Of a stretch of 64,000 nucleotides of DNA, positions 25,902 through 41,298 are shown in pieces (the stretch's first letter is position 1; every line of letters starts with the position of its first letter). This stretch comes from Octopus vulgaris (lineage: Eukaryota): the NCBI GenBank assembly GCA_951406725.2, contig OX597831.1, positions 47,120,001 to 47,184,000 on the forward strand. Direction: 5' to 3'. A program made the position numbers and the translations under genes. The notes below the pieces were generated by a model that was not told the DNA's origin, ran no database searches, and saw nothing but the letters and a program-made list of their open reading frames with translations.

Positions 25902-25932
<31 letters not shown>

Positions 25933-25935
<3 letters not shown>

Positions 25936-26143
25936 GAGGTGGTGCTGAAAAGTTCCTTGCTTTGGGTAAAAGAAAATACAGGAGGATCTGTTAATTCTGA
26001 TTTTAAACAACATCCTCCCCTCAGATTCAGACACTTATTGCAGCAGTCCTCCAGTTTTTCTAAGCCTTGTAATATAAAAAGAACTTGGATGGTTGAGCCC
26101 ACAACCAGGTCATTCATGATACTCTTGAAGCCAGGAACTTTTC
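25933..26143 (-). mobile_element. Internally deleted mariner element
   Basis: Inverted ends TGAAAAGTTCCTTGCTT and AAGCCAGGAACTTTTCA. The minus strand encodes QGLEKLEDCCNKCLNLRG, resembling the mariner C-terminal GI.KL..RW.KCI..G motif. Confidence 0.7.
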
Positions 26144-26653
26144 ATATATGCATAAATGTATATGTGTGTGTATACACACACACACACACACACACACACG
26201 TATATGAAACTAAAGAGAGCAAATGTAGAAACAAAAGTTGTAAAATGGCCAACGCCTGCTTCCTCTTCTGTTCAGCAGTAATAATCAGTAAATTAGTTGT
26301 TTTCTAATGTGTACCATATTAGTATGTCTGTATACATGTGTAGTTGAGTTGTTGTTTAGCACCATGTCAGCCATATTCAGGGACTCCAGTGACCAAACCA
26401 GTCGCACTGCAGCTGTGACGATTCTATTGCTTTTATTTTCCAGGTAACTAGCACTACACATTATCCAATGTGTTCCTCCTTGTTTTATGGTTATAGCTTG
26501 TAATTTGAGTGAAATTTGGTTACTACTTCTAGCAGATTGAACAACCACTTAGAAGCTCATTCATTAGCTCATATTGTAATGGATGTGCTGAAAACAATAT
26601 ATATATATATTTTAATGTCCATCTTCCATGCTGGCATGGGTTGGATATATGTA

Positions 26654-26715
<62 letters not shown>

Positions 26716-26813
26716 TAAAAATTTAGATTCAGAAGAATATGGTACTTAAGTTGAATTTAGTACGGTATTATCCATACAATTTCAAAATCAAAATAAGCAA
26801 CAAGGATATCCAG

Positions 26814-26851
<38 letters not shown>

Positions 26852-26895
26852 GAAAAACCACTATTATGCAATTCAAACAATGATAGACATAAACC

Positions 26896-26960
<65 letters not shown>

Positions 26961-27186
26961 GCGGAGTAGATAAAACAGGGGACAACTGATGAAAGGATTG
27001 GTCTTTATGTTGCCTGTCTTGTTTGTTTATTTGTTTCTTTCGTTGTTCGAAAAGAAGATCGTTTTCCATGTTTCTGTTTTTTTTTGTGTTCTCGTTTTTC
27101 CTTTTGTTCACATTTTTTTGATGTCCTGTACCCACATATGCATGTCTATATACATATATATGTAGGTATGTACATGTATGTATATA

Positions 27187-27238
<52 letters not shown>

Positions 27239-30200
27239 TATATATATTATTTATATTATTATATATATACACATATATATACACACATATATATATTATT
27301 TATATTATTATATATGTATGTATGTGTGTGTGTGTGTGTGTATATGTGTATATGTAGATATATAGTGGCCAAGTAATGAAGAATTATAATTGGTTTATTA
27401 AAAACATAGTAAACTCGTGATGGACAATGTTCATTGAAGTTCATGAGTGTCATCTGTTTTCTAACTCCATCTGTACTATTCAGAAATGTATTGAAAACTG
27501 TTTCACTTTGATAGTCAGACACAGCAGATATTCACTGCTATTGTTGCATCTAATTTATGTTAATAGAGATAAATAATTCTTGTAATTCTACAAAGTGAAT
27601 TAACTTTTAACCCCTTTTAACATCTGTAATTCAGATACTAAGGTATTTAGATGTTGTTTAACTTTTATCTTTTATGTGTATAGGTCGTTGGACTACAGCC
27701 ATGCTGGGGCACTGCCATGAAAAGTTTAATCAAACGAACGAAATCCAGTACTTGTATTTTTTACAGTCTGGTACTTATTCTCTCAATCCTCCTTTTTTTT
27801 TGTTGAACTGCTAAGTTATGGGGATGTAAGCAAATCAACACCTGTTGTCAATTAGTGTCAACTGTGTGTGGGACAGATACAAAGACACATACACATATAT
27901 CCATATTTATCTGTGTGTGTGTGTATGACTGATGGACTGTCGCATAGTTTCTGTCTACTAAATTCATTGACAGACCATTGGTAGACCCAGGGCTGTAATC
28001 ACAGGCACTTGCCCAAGATGCTGTGCAGTGGAATTGAACCTGAAACCACACAGTTGTAAAGCGAGCTTCTTAACCACACTGCCATGACTGTGTGCCTATT
28101 CTTATTTAACGGATGATGATATATAATTTGATCAGCACTTTCTTCCTGATGAATATATAAAAATAAAATATATCAACAAAGCTAGATATGGTCAAAACTA
28201 TTGTCTTTTGGTCCCTGAGTACCTTTAGCAGATTCTACTTTTTGTTAGCATTCTGAGCAGGTCCATGGTCAGAGTATGACTCATAACTTCCTGTGTGCTT
28301 GGTTGAAGCTTGTGAAAAAATAACTGACTCTAGGGTGCCTTTAACAGAGTTCTTCTGTGTTTGCGAGTATATAGGTTTACTGTCTGAAGACGAATCCAGC
28401 CTGAGGGTAATTCCATATCTTGATGTGCTTCTTACTACTGCATTAACCTGTGTGTTGTGAATTCTTCCACTCTTTTCCCTCTCTCCAATCTTGAAGACCT
28501 CTACAAAGGTCATGGACACTACCCACCCGCTCCTCTAAGCCATTACACAAAACAACAACAGCAACAACAACAAAATGCCCATATGAAAAGAAATTAGTAC
28601 AGTTGTTAATAGTAACAAGATTTAGGTGGTTTAAATGATAAAAGATAACAGACGTAAATATTTCAAATACTGTTGATAACACTGTTTTAGTAAATATAAG
28701 GAATGCTTTTAATGTTTCTATTACTTAATCTGAGAACAGGTTTTGGCTTATAGCTTTGATTCAGTCTTAGCACATTGAATTGAAAACATCAACTGAGCAA
28801 GGTTAAGGCTTAATTTGAATTTATTAGCTACATGGTTTCGGGTTCAGTCCCACTGCGTGGCACTTTGGGTAGGTGTCTTCCACTATATCCCCGAGCTGAC
28901 CGGAGCTTTGTGATTGAATTCGGTAGGTGGAAGTTACTGCCGTGTGTGTATGTGTGCGTATAGCTGCTCAGTGCCTCTCCGAAAGAGAGAGAGAGAGGGG
29001 ATAGGTTAGTTGTTGTAGTGTAAAATATGGATTGTGAGAGGGAGTTCTTTAGTTTAGTTCCGAGGGAAAAATGTTTTGCACATGTGGTCAAGGAGGATGA
29101 GATGGGACAGAGATCTATATAAAGGTGTTAGCTGTATTGTTATTGAGAAAACTACAGTTGCTAAGTACTGTTAATTGAGAGGTTTACTTACCAGAAAGAC
29201 AGTTTTATTCAATTTTCATGTATCACTGCTATTATTAGCAGTGTGTTTCCATCTCTCAGTTTGTCTGTCTCTTGGTTTTATTACTTTCTTTTTGAATTTG
29301 AATTTTGTGGAAATAACTGGCAGATTGTTTAGTTAGCTGAGCTTTGCTACTTTCACTATATTTATATTTTGTGGAAACAGCAACAGCTTATTTAGTTGGT
29401 TTCCTGGTTAGAAATGTATGACATTTAATGTCTCTGTATAAATTGCATATTATATGTCATCATCATCATCATCATCACATCTGCTTTTCTATGCTCATAT
29501 AGAAAAGTAGGTGTTAAATTTAATAAGGCCGATTTCTTAGAATTGGATACGCTGCTTGTCACCAACCATCATTTGTTTCCAAGCGATTTAATGTTTATTC
29601 CTAGTTCTTCAAATGTGGACAGCATAATGGCTGGGCATGTTTTTATAGAAGATTGCCGACAAACAACAATGATGGTAGTGTTTGCTTACAACTGTTGTGC
29701 AATGTTAAGACAAAGAAACTAATTTCATAAAGAATCTGGTAGAATTCTGAATACTTCTAATCATGTGTTGCCTTGGCATGGGCCTGTATTTGTCAATGAA
29801 GTCTTAAGGGGACATTGTTGCAATTTTCAGCATAGTTTGACCATCTAAACCTGGTGGAGCCCTGTACTTAATATGTTTGACCATAGCTGAATTCTTCCAG
29901 AGAGAAAGACTCTTTGTGAAAGAGAAAGAAAGAGAATTGATTCTTGTACTAGACTAATACTTTATCACCCCTGTATCAAAGAAATGAAAGACAAAGCATA
30001 TCAACAGATCATTGTAAACTCTCTACTTCATATTCATAAAGCATCTCCGGTTCGCATCACTTTTTAATATCTACTTAAAGACATCTGGAGTGGTCTGTTC
30101 ACAGCTAAGTGTTTTAACCTTTGTGACAAATCCATTTGCGGTTACCTCTGATTCTATGCTACAAATCTTCTCCTTTTAAAATGTTTGCTGTTAAATCAAA

Positions 30201-32120
30201 ACCTACATTCATATTTCTATGTAAGATGCCTATGTTTGTCTATGTTTGTCGCAAACACCAGCACAATAATAACAAAAGTTAGTTATTTTCCAAAATTCTT
30301 TGAAATTTTTACATTGGTTTCAAGACAATTTCAAGAACACACTAGTAATGAATCTTAGTTAGAAATATTGTCTTGAAAAAAACTTAATAATGACTACAGT
30401 GAATTACTAGCGATAAATTACAAACCATGGCTGATTGAATGAATGAGAGAGGCCACTATATGGTTGTTTGACTTGTCAGAAATAACAGCAATCTCTCTCA
30501 GATCAAATCCTTTAAAGGAAGAATACATTGAATAATGTAGCCATAAACATACTCCTAAACAAGATGGGGCAGTCATAGTTGGAATGTTTTCGATTGTTGG
30601 CCTGTTTGATCAGGATTGATTTGGCAATAAACATCAACAATGTTTGGCTGATTGTTGCATCCTATCTATCTATCGATTCTGCCATCTATGAGTCACATTA
30701 GCTGTTTTACTCAATTATTCTATTATCTTTATCTTCCAATCACTATGGCTTTGAAAAGCTATTGATATGTCCCTTCGGAGTAAACTATAATGCTCCCCAA
30801 AAGAGACCCCTAAAATAAAAATTTAAAGTTTTTAGCTTAGAGGCACAGGCATGGCTGTGTGGTTAGGAAGATCCTTTTGCAACCATGTGGTTTTGGATTC
30901 AGTCCCACTGTATGGTACCTTGGACAAGTGTTGTCTACTATAGCTTCAGGCAACAAATGCCTTGTGAATTAATGTGGTAGATGGAAATTGTGTGGAAGCC
31001 CTATCTATCTATCTGTCTGTCTGTCTGTCTATCTATCTATGCACACACACACTCATGTATATGTGTGTCTTTGTGTCTGTATCATCCATTGCTTGACGAC
31101 TGGTGTTGGTTTGTTTATGTCCCTGTAACTTAGCAGTTCATCAAAAGTGACATGCAGGATAAGTGTAACTCCTGGGCCCAATTTGTTCAACTAAAAACCC
31201 TTGAAGGCGATGCACCAGCATGGCCACAGTCCAATGACTGAAACAAGTAAATGATAAAAGCAGATAAAAATTTATCATTTCTCTTGTGTGCATACTGTGT
31301 TAATAACAACATTCATCATCATCATTATCATCATACAGATGCAGGCGTGGCCGTGTGGCAAGGAGTTTGCTTCTCAGCCACATGGTCCTGGGTTCAATCC
31401 CACTTTGTGGCACCTTGAGCAAATGTCTTCTGCCATAGCCTCAGGCTGACCAAAGATTTGTGAGTGGATTTGGTAGACAGAAACTGAAAGGAGCCTGTCA
31501 TATATATATATATCTGTGGGTGTCTTTGCATCTGTATTTCTCCCCCACCACCACTTGATGCTGGTGTGTCTATGTCACTGTAACTTAGCGGTTCAGCAAA
31601 AGAGCCTGATAGAATAAGTACCAGGCTTAAAAATATAAAGAAGTACATTCAACTAAAAGGTGGTGCCTCAGCATGGCCGTAGTCTAATGACTGAAACAAA
31701 TAAGAGATAAAAGATACATTTTATGTATGCCTTTCCATGCTGGCGTGGCTTGGATGGATTTTCTGAGATCTGAGTGTTTTTTTACGGTTGGATGCACTTT
31801 CTGTTGCCAACCATTTTCATTGCTTCTTACAACATGCAGCAAAGCAGTGTACCTATTTTAAAACTGTAACACACCTGGTAATGTACTATTAACAGCATTG
31901 TTATATACTATATTTATATACTTTATAATATAATTTACATAACGTAATAATATCCTTCTTTAGTGGCCCACATAACTAAGTTGCTTAAGTAGTTATTATT
32001 AAGTGTTGTCATTGAACCTTAGGTGCCTCATTATTTAGCAGGCCTATGATCAAAGTTATTCAGCTTTGCCTATTCTATGTTATATATTTATATATAAGCC
32101 AATGTTAGCCTCCTTTTTTT

Positions 32121-32345
32121 TAACCATGTTGCTATCATATTTCTTCTGAAATACACTGCCTTTGTTTCAAATAATTTTGAAAGTAAAGAATTTATTAAAA
32201 CAACTTTGTTCCTATTAAGCTGGTGTTTGGAACATAGATTTGCATGGAATTCTAATAGAAGGTTTTGGTTTAGAGCATTTTAAAACAAGCAGTTTGTATC
32301 ATAGATCCAAGGGAAGTTTCGGGTAGTTAGGTATCTAAAGGGTTG
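32121..32345. mobile_element. Second piggyBac-like MITE family (reverse copy at ~42830-42995)
   Basis: Ends TTAACC...AAAGGGTTGA. The body GAAATACACTGCCTTTGTTTCAA...ATTAAGCTGGTGTTTGGAACATA matches the reverse complement at 42.8-43.0 kb. Confidence 0.6.
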
Positions 32346-33316
32346 ATGCTATTTAAAAATTTGGTTATTTCTAGCAGGTCAAAAGGACCAAGTAAAAGCT
32401 CCCTTGAGGCATGAAGTTGCTAAATTAACTAACTATATATATAACATGCCTTTCAACATATGCCCTCTACCGTATAACCTTTTCTAGCAACATATGATGT
32501 AGGTTGGTTATGGTATGTGTTTATATTTCAGGTATATAATGCCTAAGGATCATAGGATTATAACCTTTAGGTTGGCATGTAGTTATTTATGTTATTATTA
32601 TTTTTTTTTCATTTTGTATCACAATTTGGGAACAACAGCAGCATTGGTTACAGGTTTGCAATGGGCTAATTGCTGGTTCACTGCATTTCTGATGGTGTGA
32701 TGGTGAGAGTATAAAGGTTGTATATGTATAACGTGAGCAGGACGAATAGCTAAAAGGACTCCATTCATAGAAGAACATTTTTCTCAGTTTTCTTGATAAT
32801 GTTTGTACTCTACACTGATATCCATTGCTGAAGGATATTCACACAAACACACACTAATTTTATATATATATATATAAAATCGTTGTTTCGCAACTGTTTT
32901 CTCTCATCTTCCTCTATCAACTGCATAATTATCATTACCATGCTGCACTTTACTCTTTCTGTACTGCCAGCCATCACCTCCTCATCCTTTGCACCAACTC
33001 CGATTTACCATCAACCAACCCTCCACTTTAGTTCATTGCATTCACCGCCATCATCTACTTCCAGCTCTAGCCATCTCCCACTTTTCCCACACACTTTTGC
33101 AGTGAGTCCTCAATAGAGTTTTTATGTGGTTGCTTGATCTGCTAAAAACAACTACCAAATCTTCCTCAAATCACACCCTGCTATCTTAAAAACAAATAAA
33201 AAAGGACATGTTGTTCAGTGTAACTCTGGGCTCATTTGAACCTTGTAGAACTGTAATTAGAACAAACCTCAGCAAGCTCAGTGAAATTAATTTCCATTTC
33301 AATTTTTGTTTTTCAG

Positions 33317-33329
33317 TGGGTTATACGGG
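33317..33329 (+). other. Candidate 13-nt microexon
   Basis: TTTCCATTTCAATTTTTGTTTTTCAG|TGGGTTATACGGG|GTAAGC: near-consensus sites on both sides. Confidence 0.3.
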
Positions 33330-33485
33330 GTAAGCAAACTGCTTATAATGTTTTTTTTTTTCATTCATAAATTTTGTTGATAGAAGCCCGAAAGATTATC
33401 CACCATCTCTCCAACAACAACTTTGGCCACTTTTCTTAATTCGGTATCTCTATCAAAAAACAGCATAGTACCGATAACTTTCAGA

Positions 33486-33800
33486 GACATTTTTCCTGCT
33501 CAGAACTGTTGAAGCATGGAATAAGCTACCCACACTACCTGCTTCAGTTGCTAGTACCCTTCAAAAATTCCATGCTCTCTGAAATTTGTCACCACTACTG
33601 CTGATATGTCTGTGCGCTTTTACCTTTTTAGGACTCTTTCACTGTTCCTTTACCTGTCTTTATTCTGTGTACTGCGCATGCACTTTTGACCATTATTGCT
33701 GTCTTTCTTTACTTATTGCTGCCCTCTGTCCACTCTTCTACACCTTTTCCATTGAGATGTAGTGCACCCGGTTATATTATACAATAAGACTATTATCCAT
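33486..33800 (+). mobile_element. CR1-group LINE 3' end
   Basis: Translates HFFLLRTVEAWNKLP..PASV, resembling the CR1 ORF2 C-terminal FF..RVV..WN.LP motif, followed by a pyrimidine-rich 3'UTR. Confidence 0.65.
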
Positions 33801-35860
33801 TTGGAAAGGAAAGTAATGTTGGAGAGGGACCTGCTGCCCTTCCCCGACAGTAAATTTGGTAAAATGGTTAGTGAATGTTGCTTGAATGACAAATGAATGA
33901 ACCTACTCTAAGCATATGTCTGTTGGCTGAAAATTACAAAGGAGAGAGGAACACTCGCCAGCCATGGTGCTTCCAGTGAGCAGAGTGGTTTATGATCTGT
34001 AGAGTTCCTTGGTTACCCTAGCCTAGAAGTCCTGTATCAGGAGAATCACATTATCATTCCTTCATTTTTCTTTTTTTTTTACCTTTTCCACTTATGCCTT
34101 ATATATGATCTATACTTGCATGCATTACTTTTGTTAATGCTATATGCCATGTATATATATGTATATATATGTATATATATATATATATATATTAAATCAT
34201 ATTCCATTCTATGTAAATCCTCACAATTTATATATGTCTTTGTATCATCCCCTCCTCATCATTTGTCCTAGTGGTAAGTAAACAAAATATTCATCATCAT
34301 CATCATCATCCTCGTCATCATCATCGACCACCACCATCATGATCATGATCATCATACATTTGTGCTGCATGGGGTGGATGGATCGATAAAGATCCAATCA
34401 GTCGGGGACTGCATTGTACTCATATTTTACCTTTAACTCACTGACGTAACGAGTAATTTTATGAATATTGGTACTTTGGAATATCCATAACACTAACCAC
34501 ACTAAAAGAAAATAAAACAATAAGTAATTTGATCAAGAAAAGTCGTTATATGGCATATACGAAAAAGACAGGATGGTTATGGCTGGAATGGTTTTGATCA
34601 GTTGCCTGCTTCATCTAGGCTAACCTGGGGCTAAACAATAACATGTCCAATTCATAAAGCAAATGAGGAAGAGCTTTATATCTTCATTTAATTTGCTAGA
34701 AATTGAAGCAAAATCTTAGTCAGATCTCACTGTACCATCTTAAATCAAGAAAGACATTGGGCAATATAGTGGTAGATATGGTATGTTTGAGATCCTGAAA
34801 TGGGATGATCGTGGATGGAATGTCTCTGATCAGATGTTTGCTCAATCAGAGCAGATCTGAGGCTGTGCAGTAACATATCCAACTCATACTAGCATGGATA
34901 AAAGTTGCCTAAAAAAATGAAATACAATTTTAAATAATTAAATCATTTATTGATTATTAAATATTAAATCTCAGCTGCATGGCAAACTCTGACTCAATTA
35001 GTTTTCATTTTCATTAAACTCATTAATTTCAATCAGTTTACATTTAGCCAGAGAGACCATTCTGACATCTTTGGCAATGCTTCTCTTGACTTTCTTGTAT
35101 TCTTAGTTATCTCTCATCAACTCTGTATCTTAAAATATTATATCGTAGAGAATAATCAAATAAGGAAATTAAGTTCTTACTAAAAGCTAACATTATTTAT
35201 TTGTATATTTTACAATTATATTTTTATATCCGCTGAGAAAACGGATTTCTCTGCAGCATATATTTAGAACTTTGAGCTAACAGAAAGTCCGATATGGCTG
35301 CCACTTAGTCTGAACAGAGAACACTCACAACTTCTGTACAAAATGATAACAATCAGGTGTTGGCTGTTATTCAAGGTTGTCAGTTGCAATAGAGGTTATA
35401 TCTATTTGTAGCCTGATGTTTTTTTTTTTTAATTTTCTTGCTGAGGAACTGAAAAGCTCCCTCCTTGTTTAATGTGAGCTACTTACAACTTAACCATTCA
35501 TACCTGTTCAGTAAGCCATGCAATTTTCCTCAGGACAAGAGAGAGAGAGTCTAGTACTTGGTGCAATTAGCTTTTACATATTTTGCCTTTGTATGAATGC
35601 ACTTATGTAACTTGATTTAAAACAAAATAGGTGAACACAATACACTTCTGTTTTATCATCTAGTTTCAAGTATTAGTTTGTGTTGGTTTTTTTTCACTAT
35701 GTCAGTTTATACAACAGTTTTTCTTTGTTGAAGGAGTTGAATAAACACACAAAATATCAAAATTTGCATGAGTCCCCAGAAGAGATATATACTCAGAGAC
35801 ATATGCAACATCACAGAACACAACTACAAGATTCAAAAAGCATTATCATTCTCATTTGGG

Positions 35861-35899
<39 letters not shown>

Positions 35900-36944
35900 T
35901 CATCATTTGATGTCCGTTTTCCATGCTAGCATGGGTTGGACGGTTTTGACTGAGGCCTGGCAACCAGATGGCTGCACCAGGCTCAATGCTTGATCTGGCA
36001 GAGTTTCTACAGCTGGATGCCCTTCCTAACGCCAACCACTCCGAGAGTGTAGTGGGTGCTTTTTACATGCAACCTGCACGGGGGCCAGTCAGGCAGTACT
36101 GGCAATGACCTTGCTCGAATCTTTTTACACATGCCACTGACACAGGTGCCAGTGAAGTGACATTGGTAACGATCACAGTTATTTAAAACAGTTTGATTTG
36201 GCTTCATGCATCTCAGTTAAAAATTTCGCAGGCTTATTACAGAAACCTAGCTCATTCAGGTTCAATTAACCGAATTTGAAGTTGCATGGAGATGAATCAA
36301 ACTGTTTTATATATCAGTATATATGTAATTCCTACTGAAAGTGTTGAGTGTCTCTGTCTTTCGCTTGTCCACCCTTTCAGAAATAGCTGCTACGTCAAAA
36401 GAAGAGCAATTATTGCATTTAGATTGAGTCCATCTATACTGTCTCTGCTGAACCTGTGGCCTTTAGAAATAGATAAGGCAGTCAAGGAGTGCTGGTACTA
36501 CACTGCAACCTATACAATTCATCATTGCATGTTGGATTGTGCAGTATGGCTCTTAGTTTGGCAGAAGCTGGAAAAAAAAACATGTCTGTGGACCATGCCT
36601 AATCATTTGGTTGACTGACTGCCATAAGTTCACTCAATCAGATCTGTTCTCAGCGAGGAAAACTCCAGATATTTTACACCTGAACGGACATCATATAAAA
36701 CAATTAAGTTACTACTTTGTTATGAAGTAGTTAATCTCAATTTAACCAATATCTCATAATACATAAACAGAATTCATATAACGATTGGCTTGTAAACAAC
36801 AGAATATATTGCATTATATATCCTGTGGCAAAATAAAAATTACAATAATTCACAAGAAGAGTGTGTAAATAGGAAAACTTTTAGTGTAGCCATGTTAGGA
36901 ACACAGCAACATATATTGTTTTTCATCAGTTAGATATGCTAGTT

Positions 36945-37031
<87 letters not shown>

Positions 37032-37326
37032 CATCCATCCATCCATCCATACATACATACATACATTGTATGTATGTATGCATGAATGATGTCTGTTGCA
37101 ATCATGTGTGCATGAATGAATATAGTTGGTGATTCTGTTAGAAATAGAAGAAACTTTGATGAAAGTACAGTATTCAGTATATCAAGTAAAGAGCATATTA
37201 ATTTATTTAATCACGAATGACTCTTACTGGATTAGTTTTATCGCATTCATGGAGAATTGCCAGTGTGTGTGTGTGTGTGTGTGTGTAAACAAACAAATAT
37301 AGCATCATCATCATCACCATCATCAA

Positions 37327-37787
37327 GATGGTAGGCTGGCAGAATCATTAGCACGCTGGACGAAACACTGCAAAGCATTTCATCTGTCTCTATGTTCTGA
37401 GTTCAAATTCCATCAAGATCAGCTTTGTCTTTTATCCTTTGTGGGTCGATAAAATAAGTACCAATTGATCACTGGGGTCGATGCAGTCAACTTACTCCCT
37501 CCCCTCAAATTACTTTCTTTATACCAAAATTTGGAACCATTATTGTATTCTTTAAGGCAGCAAGCTGGCAGAATCGTCTATACACCAAAGAAAATGCTCA
37601 GTGGCATCTCTACCACCTTTACATTCTGAGTTCAAATTCTTCTGAAGTTGACTTTGCCTTTCGTCCTCTCAGGCATGATATATATGTACCAGTCAAATAC
37701 TAGGGCTGATGTAATTGACTATCCCCCATAACCCCAAAATTTCAAGCCTTGCACCTATAGTAGAAGGAATTATTATTATTATTATTA

Positions 37788-37833
<46 letters not shown>

Positions 37834-38090
37834 CATTATTATCATTATTATTATTATGTGTTTTTTTAAGGCGGTGAGCTGGCAGAATTGTTAGTATGCC
37901 GGGCAAAATGCTCAGTGACATTTCATTCATCTTTACTACACTGTGAGTTCAAATTCCACTGTGGTCAACTTTGCCTTTCATCCTTTCGGGGTTGATAAAT
38001 TAAGTACCTGTCAAACACTGAGGTCGATTTAATAGACTCATCCCCTCTCCTGAAATTTCAGGCCTTGTACTTTTAGTAGAAAAGGTTATT
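37327..38090 (+). mobile_element. Head-to-tail array of three family B SINEs, with (ATT)n at 37770-37857
   Basis: Three GCTGGCAGAAT...GAGTTCAAATTC units starting near 37327, 37557 and 37870. Confidence 0.85.
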
Positions 38091-39437
38091 ATTATCATTA
38101 TTGTTCTGTAAAAGAGATATCAAGCTATGAAATGTACCAGAATTTATTGCTATATAATTTAAAATCTGCCATTGATGATTTTATCAGTTATGAAATAATT
38201 CCCACAACACTTTGAAGCTTATTACAAAATGTGCAGACTGTATATCATTACAACAGTATTATTTTGGAATGAGGTTGTGAAGGTCTCAAAATGTCAGACT
38301 AATGAATTCAGGAATATTTCAGGAATTATTAAATAATTATGCTCTCTATATTATATATAATACATAATCTCTATGATAATATAATCATTAAATGTTTTGT
38401 GTTTGTTCAGCTTATTAGCTTAGTTCCAATAAATAGTGCTATTTTGGTTATTTGTTCAATTTAATTGATTGTATGCTAAACATCATTCAAATTCCCTGCT
38501 GTATCTAAGTATGCTATTAATATCCTATATTATGACAATGTAAACAAGAAAGAAATGGCAAACATGACACAATCCAGGTGAAAATGCTTTCATGTGTATA
38601 GCTGTCAACTTCAGTAGCTGGTCACTCTGTTGGGTTTACTTGGGATGCTCATCCCTTTCTCCTTCATACTTATTCTCCTTGTTCATCAACCTCTTGCATG
38701 CTTTTTCCTTTTTTGGTGTAATCTTTTATTTTTTTACTTGTTTCAGTTATTGAACTGCAGCCTTATTAGGGCACTGTCTTGAAGGGTTTAGTCAGACAAA
38801 TTGACCCCCAGTACCTATTTTTTTTCACTTTCTTCTGTTGAACTGCTAAGTTATGTGAGTGTAAACAACCCAATACTGTGACAAACACACACACACATTT
38901 ATATATACACACACAATGGTCTTTCTTATTTCTTTATTGCCCACAAGGGGCTAAACATAAAGTGGACAAACAAGGACAGACAAAGGGATTAAGTCGATTA
39001 CATCGGCCCCAGTGCGTAACTGGTACTTAATTTTTTGACCCTGAAAGGATGAAAGGCAAAGTCGACCTCAGCAGAATTTGAACTTAGGACATAACGGCAG
39101 ACGAAATACCGATAAGCATTTTACCTGGCATGCTAATGATTCTGCCAGCTCGCCATCTTTCACCTACCAAATTCACTCACAAAGCATTTGCTGGCTCAAG
39201 AACTATTGTAGAAGGCACTTTGTCCAAGGTGTTGCAAAGATGGACAGAACTCAAAATCATAAGGTTACAAAGTGAGGTTCTTAACCATACAGCCCAAACC
39301 CCACCATACATTTTTCAATGCATTGGCATACTGCTTTGTAATCTAGTGCACTTCATACATCTGTTCTTGTCTGGGTGTAAAACACTGGCAAACTCCTTGC
39401 CTTTAGTTTTTCACTTCGGTTAAGTATATCTGATCTC

Positions 39438-39854
39438 GGATCTTTTCAGTTTGAATGGCAGTTTTTTCTAGCGGTGTCATATGAAATTGTCACCCATAAT
39501 TATGACCCTAGAATCGATCTATTGCATTTCAAACTCTTTTAGGCTTAGGGTTAGGGGTGGGGGAAGGGTATCTTTTTTTCTTCAGAAATGTAAATAAACC
39601 CAATCTGTTTCTTAAACGAGGGACATATTCATACGACACAGAATGCTTTTTAACTCAATAGACATCACTGATTGGTTGAAATTGCAGAAATTGAAGAAAA
39701 AAAACAACAAATATCTTACAAACCATAGAATTTTCTCAATAAAGCCAAGAGAAAAAGATGTTTTATTAAACACATTCTACCAGTATACGGAGTTTCAAAT
39801 TTTTTAGTTAACTAGAAATTATGTTAAAAACTGCCGTTCAAACCGAAAAGATCC
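39438..39854. mobile_element. Merlin-like MITE, copy 2
   Basis: TIRs GGATCTTTTCAGTTTGAATGGCAGTTTTT and AAAAACTGCCGTTCAAACCGAAAAGATCC. TSD CTGATCTC at 39430-39437 and 39855-39862. Confidence 0.92.
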
Positions 39855-40319
39855 CTGATCTCTAGCTTCTCTTCATGCTACTTGATATTATTCCATCCTT
39901 TCTCACCACTTCGTTCCAGGAAGATGTGGGTTGAAGTATTGAAAAAGGATCTTCAGATGTTGGGCCCCACAGAGGGGATGACAAGGGCCTGAAACCTCTG
40001 GGGGTTTGCTGTGCTTGAGAAGACCTATCATGCTAAGTAAAATCATGGCAATCCTTGCATACAGGCATGTCCCCTACATCCCTCTTCAGTTGAGTGATCC
40101 TAATCTTGCGGTCTCATGGGTGCTGGTGTCACATAAAACCACGCATGCCGGTGCCACGCAGAAACACCTAGTACACTCGGTAAAGCTTGTATCCCAACCA
40201 TGTGGTTTTGGGTTCAGTCCTGCTGCAAAGTACCTTGGGTAAGTGTCTTCTACTATGGTCTTTGGCTGACCAATGCCTTGTGAGTGAATTAGGTAGAAGG
40301 AAATTGAAAAAAGCCTGTC

Positions 40320-40351
<32 letters not shown>

Positions 40352-41267
40352 CTATGTCCCCCACCATTGACTGACAACTGATGTTGGTGTGTTTACATCC
40401 CTGTGACTTAGCAGTTCAGAAAAGAGATCAATGAAATAGAAACTAGGCGTACAAAAAAATAAGAGCTGGAGTAGATTCATTTACTAAAACCCTGCAAAGT
40501 GGTGCTCCAGCATGGCCACAGTCAAATGACTGAGACAAGTAAAAGATAAGAGATATCATTACCTTTAAGGTGGCAAGATGGCAGAATTGTTAGCATGCTG
40601 GGCAAAATGCTTAGCGGCATTCTGTCTGTCTTTGTGTTCTGAGTTCCAATTCCGTTGTATAGACTTTACCTTTTATCCTTTAGGGGGCAATAAATAAGTA
40701 CCAGGTGAGCACTGGGGTTCATGTAGTTGACCTACACCATCCCTTAAAGTCACCAGCATAGTAACAAAGTTGCTGTCATTTGTTATCAAGGTAGTCTGAA
40801 GATGAAGAGAACTCAATACAAGATAATTGTAGCATAAGAATTCATTGTGGGAATATATAGTGTAAAGTCTTTATACGTGTGTGTGTGTTCGTTTGTATAT
40901 ATGTATATACACACAGATACACATGTATATATGCTCATTCATACGTGTATATGTACTTGCATACATACTTACATGTGTGTGTGTGTGTGTGTACATATGC
41001 ACACATACAGATCTGTGTGTATGTGTATGCATCCACACATGAATATACTTATACATATGTGTACATATAAACATATATTTACACAGGCATGTATATATAT
41101 GTGTGTATGTATGTATGTGTGTGTGTGTGTGTATACACACACACATGCATGCACACACACACACATGCTCATTTATAGAGGTTCTCCAAACTTACGACTG
41201 CACAAACTGCAAGTGAAATTAATAAAAGCAAATTATTAATGGAATGCATTATTTTTCAATATTTTTG

Positions 41268-41298
<31 letters not shown>

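Noticed and set aside
26956-27135. CTGATGA followed by a small hairpin (hammerhead or C-box-like)
   Set aside because: No GAAA follows the hairpin and no convincing D box or terminal stem is present.
28235-28519. 94-aa minus-strand ORF of ordinary composition
   Set aside because: All frames stop before the nearby donor, there is no good acceptor and no recognisable domain. It may be an old LINE remnant on the plus strand.
36286-36618. 110-aa plus ORF with an acceptor-like site at 36380
   Set aside because: No recognisable protein features and no matching donor; support is insufficient.
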